A DNA stretch of 64,000 nt, from contig OY760175.1 of NCBI GenBank assembly GCA_963663165.1, positions 1,312,001 to 1,376,000 of the forward strand. Reading direction: 5' to 3'. Position 1 is the stretch's first letter. Each line of letters starts with the position of its first letter. A program made the position numbers and the translations under genes. Below are positions 60,853 to 64,000 of the stretch, in pieces. The DNA comes from an uncultured Desulfospira sp. GTDB lineage: Bacteria; Desulfobacterota; Desulfobacteria; Desulfobacterales; Desulfobacteraceae. The notes under the pieces are model-generated. The model saw only the letters and a program-made list of their open reading frames with translations, made no database searches and was not told the origin of the DNA.

Positions 60853-60919
60853 ACTGACAGCCGACCCTGGCCGGTGATATAAAAAGGCATCTGAAATTCT
60901 AAAAATAAGGAGATGTCTC

Positions 60920-61276
60920 ATGGCAAACAGGTTTTCATCCCGGGAATTATTTGAACTGAGGAACAATATCCCTGTGGATATGCTGATCAGGGATCATTTA
61001 CAGATTCCATCCAAGATCAGGGATGGCTACTTTCGTTTTCTATGCCCTTTGTGCAATGAATTTCAAACCGCTGTAAATCCAGGCACGAACCTGGCCAGGT
61101 GCTTCAGATGCGAAAAGAATTTTAATACCATCGACCTTGTCATGAAAATCAAGGGTTATGGCTTCCGGGATAGTGTTTTGTTTTTGAAACAAATAAATAC
61201 GGCCCCCCAGGTTCAGACCGCAAAATTGACGGCTCTTGCTGCTATGGTCGGCAGACCCATGCCGGCAGGGCAGTGA
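60920..61276 (+). CDS. Stand-alone primase-type (CHC2-like) zinc-binding domain protein
   Basis: FLCPLC..ARCFRCEK.FNTIDLVMKIKG..F.DSV.FL resembles the DnaG ZBD; no TOPRIM domain. Confidence 0.75.
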   Translation: MANRFSSRELFELRNNIPVDMLIRDHLQIPSKIRDGYFRFLCPLCNEFQTAVNPGTNLARCFRCEKNFNTIDLVMKIKGYGFRDSVLFLKQINTAPQVQTAKLTALAAMVGRPMPAGQ

Positions 61277-61836
61277 ATATGGAACGGTTGCTTGAGCTTG
61301 AAACCCTGATTGGTCGCAACCAGGAATGTTTTTACAAAATCGGTCGGGCCTTGAAGGAAATTCGAGATAACCGTTTGTACAAACAGGCTTTGTTTGAGTC
61401 ATTTGAAACATATACCAGGCAGCGATGGGATATGGGCAAGGCTTATGCCTACCGCCTGATCAGAGCCTATGAAGTGATCTACAATTTGTCGCCAATTGGC
61501 GACAAGCTACCTGCCAACGAATCCCAGGTCCGTCCCCTGACTCAAATGGACTCCATAGAACAACGCCGTATCTGGAGGGAGATTATAAACAGCGGCATGG
61601 AACTGACCGCACAAAATATCAAAAAATTTATTGAGGCCCGGAAAACGGCTCCGGCAAGTAGACCGGATCTGACAAATAAAATTTCAAATGAATACATGGC
61701 TGTTGTAAAGGCAATGCTTGAGCAGGTCCGTGTGGCACAACATGATCATTGGCAGCAGACCTCCCGCCAAGCCGCATTGTTGTGGCACCGGGTCATATAC
61801 GAAAAGATCATATCAAAGGGGGCAGATAATGGATGA
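61273..61836 (+). CDS. Hypothetical helical DNA-binding-like protein (DUF3102-like)
   Basis: FYKIGRALKEIRD.RLY..SFE.Y..RW..AYRLI and PANESQVRPL motifs. Confidence 0.6.
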   Translation: MNMERLLELETLIGRNQECFYKIGRALKEIRDNRLYKQALFESFETYTRQRWDMGKAYAYRLIRAYEVIYNLSPIGDKLPANESQVRPLTQMDSIEQRRIWREIINSGMELTAQNIKKFIEARKTAPASRPDLTNKISNEYMAVVKAMLEQVRVAQHDHWQQTSRQAALLWHRVIYEKIISKGADNG

Positions 61837-63492
61837 CCTAAGCATTGACGACCGCTTCCACTTACTGCTGCACAAAAAAATCATGAACAAAACTGGATCT
61901 GCCAAGAGAAGATCCAAAAAATATTACAAGGACCAGTACAAAAAAAACGGGATTATCCCGCCTCCCCTTTTACTGGTTGAAAAAGGAATTATGGATGGCC
62001 GCAAGTGCAGCGGGCGGCCCAGAGTCATAGACGAACAAACCCAAAGGCGGTTTATTGAAATGGTCAAGGCGTCATGCGACCCCTCATCCCAGGGGTTCAT
62101 TTTTATCACCCGGAGAGCCAGGACCATTAAAAATTACCACTACTGGCTTGAGGAAGAGTTGGGGAAAAAATCAGTCTTCCTGCACTTTGGCGATGCGCCA
62201 AAAGGGAGAATCTCAAATTTTACCTGGAAAAAGAGGACGATCAGGAGCCGTCACCGGCACGTTATACCTTCAAATCGGTTCCGGTGTTTACCTTGATCCA
62301 GGTTGACGGTTGCAAGTTCCAATATTTAAGAATCAGAGATGAACATGGCCACTGGCAGAAACCACAGGTAATTGAAATATTCGATACCGGCTCCAGGAAG
62401 CTGTTTATTATGGAATTCTATTTTACCGAAAGCAATCTGAACGCTGTGGACCTTTTTACCCGTTTTTTGTTGTGCACACCTTTTCCTTTGATAACAATCG
62501 GTATCAGGCCTGATCGGGCAAAGGGATTTTTAAATCTCAAGCGTCCCATTAATGCTATTAACCTTGCGCATTCTACGCCGGGCGGTTTTTATTTGGCACC
62601 GGAATTTTCAAGGGCGCATTCCCCCAAAGATAAGGCGCATCTGGAATCTTCACACCGGAGCCTGCACAATTTTGAAATAAGGGTTATCAAAACCTTTGAG
62701 GACAGGATTGTGAAAACCGTTACCGAATACGATTTCAAGCGGGGAAGAAAGGAAAAAGTTACTGTAACCCTTCTTGATATCACCCTTGATGAATTGAGGA
62801 ACAGCACTGTGCTCAGTCAATACCGTAACGAACACAATCATACACAACATTATTTTACCGAAGACGGCGTAGTCAGTGCCTGGGTACCGGCACAAAAGTT
62901 TGATGATTTTTTATCAAACCAGACAGACACCCTGAATTTTACCCCGGAGCAGGTTCAGGAATATATGAAATACGGTTACAGGAAAATCAAAGCCACGGTA
63001 TCCAAACATAGAACCATCCGCCATGACAAAAGGGATTATTATGTGACCAGTGGTGCAGACCGGTTCAGCAGGCATAAAAGTACACCGGTAAAAATATCCA
63101 GATACAGGGACAAACTTTTTATCTTTGAGCCCAGTGAAGACGGCATACTGATAGGCGAAGCCATTGCAAAAAAGCCGTTTGACAGCCCGCCGTCCCCAGC
63201 GCCCGCTCCTGTGCCAGACGAACTCGACACCATTATCGCTCTTTTGGAAAAGCACAATATGGCCGTTGATCGGCCTATTTTAATCGAAGTTTACCATAAG
63301 GGCCTCACCCTGTCCCTAGCGGAGCAAGTACTTCACCATAATCAATCAAGGTACGCAGATTACATGAAAAAAATGAACCAGCCTGAGGAACGTAAAAATC
63401 AAGCCTTATTTAATGCTTTTATGCTTGATTGCCAAAAATCGTTAAATACGAATCAGGTGGCCACTTATGCATCCCACGGAGATATGCCATGA
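61829..63492 (+). pseudogene. rve-type DDE transposase/integrase with a -1 frameshift at GGGGAAAAAA (62161-62170)
   Basis: N-terminal SGRPR motif; QVDG, IRPD and KDKAHLE supply the D-D-E triad. Confidence 0.75.
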
Positions 63493-64000
63493 AAGAGGAT
63501 TTTATCAGTGATAAACGAAGGGTCTCATACCTGTCTGCTACTTATAACAGGATATACAGGGGTCAAAGCGTACTCATTGAAGGGGATTTTGGCGCAGGCA
63601 AAACTCGTTTTTTAAGACTGCTGCGGCCTAAAAAGCTCCATGCCGTATGGGTCGAGTCTCTGTTCAACATCCATGAAACCCTGGCATCCATACTTAAAGA
63701 ACTGAATTATGAGACCTCCGCCACTTACCGCCGGACTCCCCAGTACCTGAAAACGATCTGCAACCTATCCAATTGTTTTATCATCATAGATGAAGCCAAC
63801 GACCTGGACTCCCGGGTTTGGCCATATCTCAAACGAATTATTGATGCCGGTGTCCCCATCGTATTTGCAGGGCTCCCCAAGGTCAGAACCTATTTGAGCC
63901 GGAATCATCCCGATATACTCAGCCGGCTCAAAACTCTGATTTTATATCCCATAGAGGTCGAGGACTTCATTGAAAAATACAAAGATATCCAGCATGAAGC
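63489..64000 (+). CDS. AAA+ ATPase (TniB/TnsC/IstB-like transposition helper), runs off window
   Basis: MKEDFISD.., Walker A GDFGAGKT, Walker B IIIDEA, SRL arginine-finger-like motif; ATGA overlap with the transposase. Confidence 0.85.
   Translation, partial: MKEDFISDKRRVSYLSATYNRIYRGQSVLIEGDFGAGKTRFLRLLRPKKLHAVWVESLFNIHETLASILKELNYETSATYRRTPQYLKTICNLSNCFIIIDEANDLDSRVWPYLKRIIDAGVPIVFAGLPKVRTYLSRNHPDILSRLKTLILYPIEVEDFIEKYKDIQHE

Overview
Bacterial chromosomal window whose gene content and style suggest a deltaproteobacterial sulfate reducer, probably Desulfobacteraceae-like (inference only). Bases 1-50.6 kb are mostly core and envelope genes: the end of a TRAP permease, a broken ABC exporter, a sigma54-driven CBS/USP pair, a sensor kinase, a 2034-aa beta-helix surface protein, recC-recB without an adjacent recD, LysM, DegP with a two-component system, Uup, an AbiE-like pair, serC-serA-FAD/FeS oxidoreductase-rsmE, prfC, and an ExeA-OmpA/TPR/LolA-like/beta-barrel cluster. 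The intergenic spaces carry several families of 7-nt-periodic hairpin repeats and two MITEs. Bases 50.8-64 kb are an insertion hotspot. It holds an ISNCY-type IS whose ends and TAATTA target match a MITE at 1.36 kb, short toxin-antitoxin-like cassettes separated by a repeated 48-bp site (one copy split by a group II intron), and a hicBA pair knocked out twice (IS1380 plus an 85-bp mini-element). It ends with an ISAzo13 and the left part of an unusual multi-gene DDE + AAA transposon carrying a primase-type zinc finger and a 70-bp-period repeat array. No CRISPR array, rRNA or tRNA was recognised. All family calls come from motif recognition by eye, not database searches.
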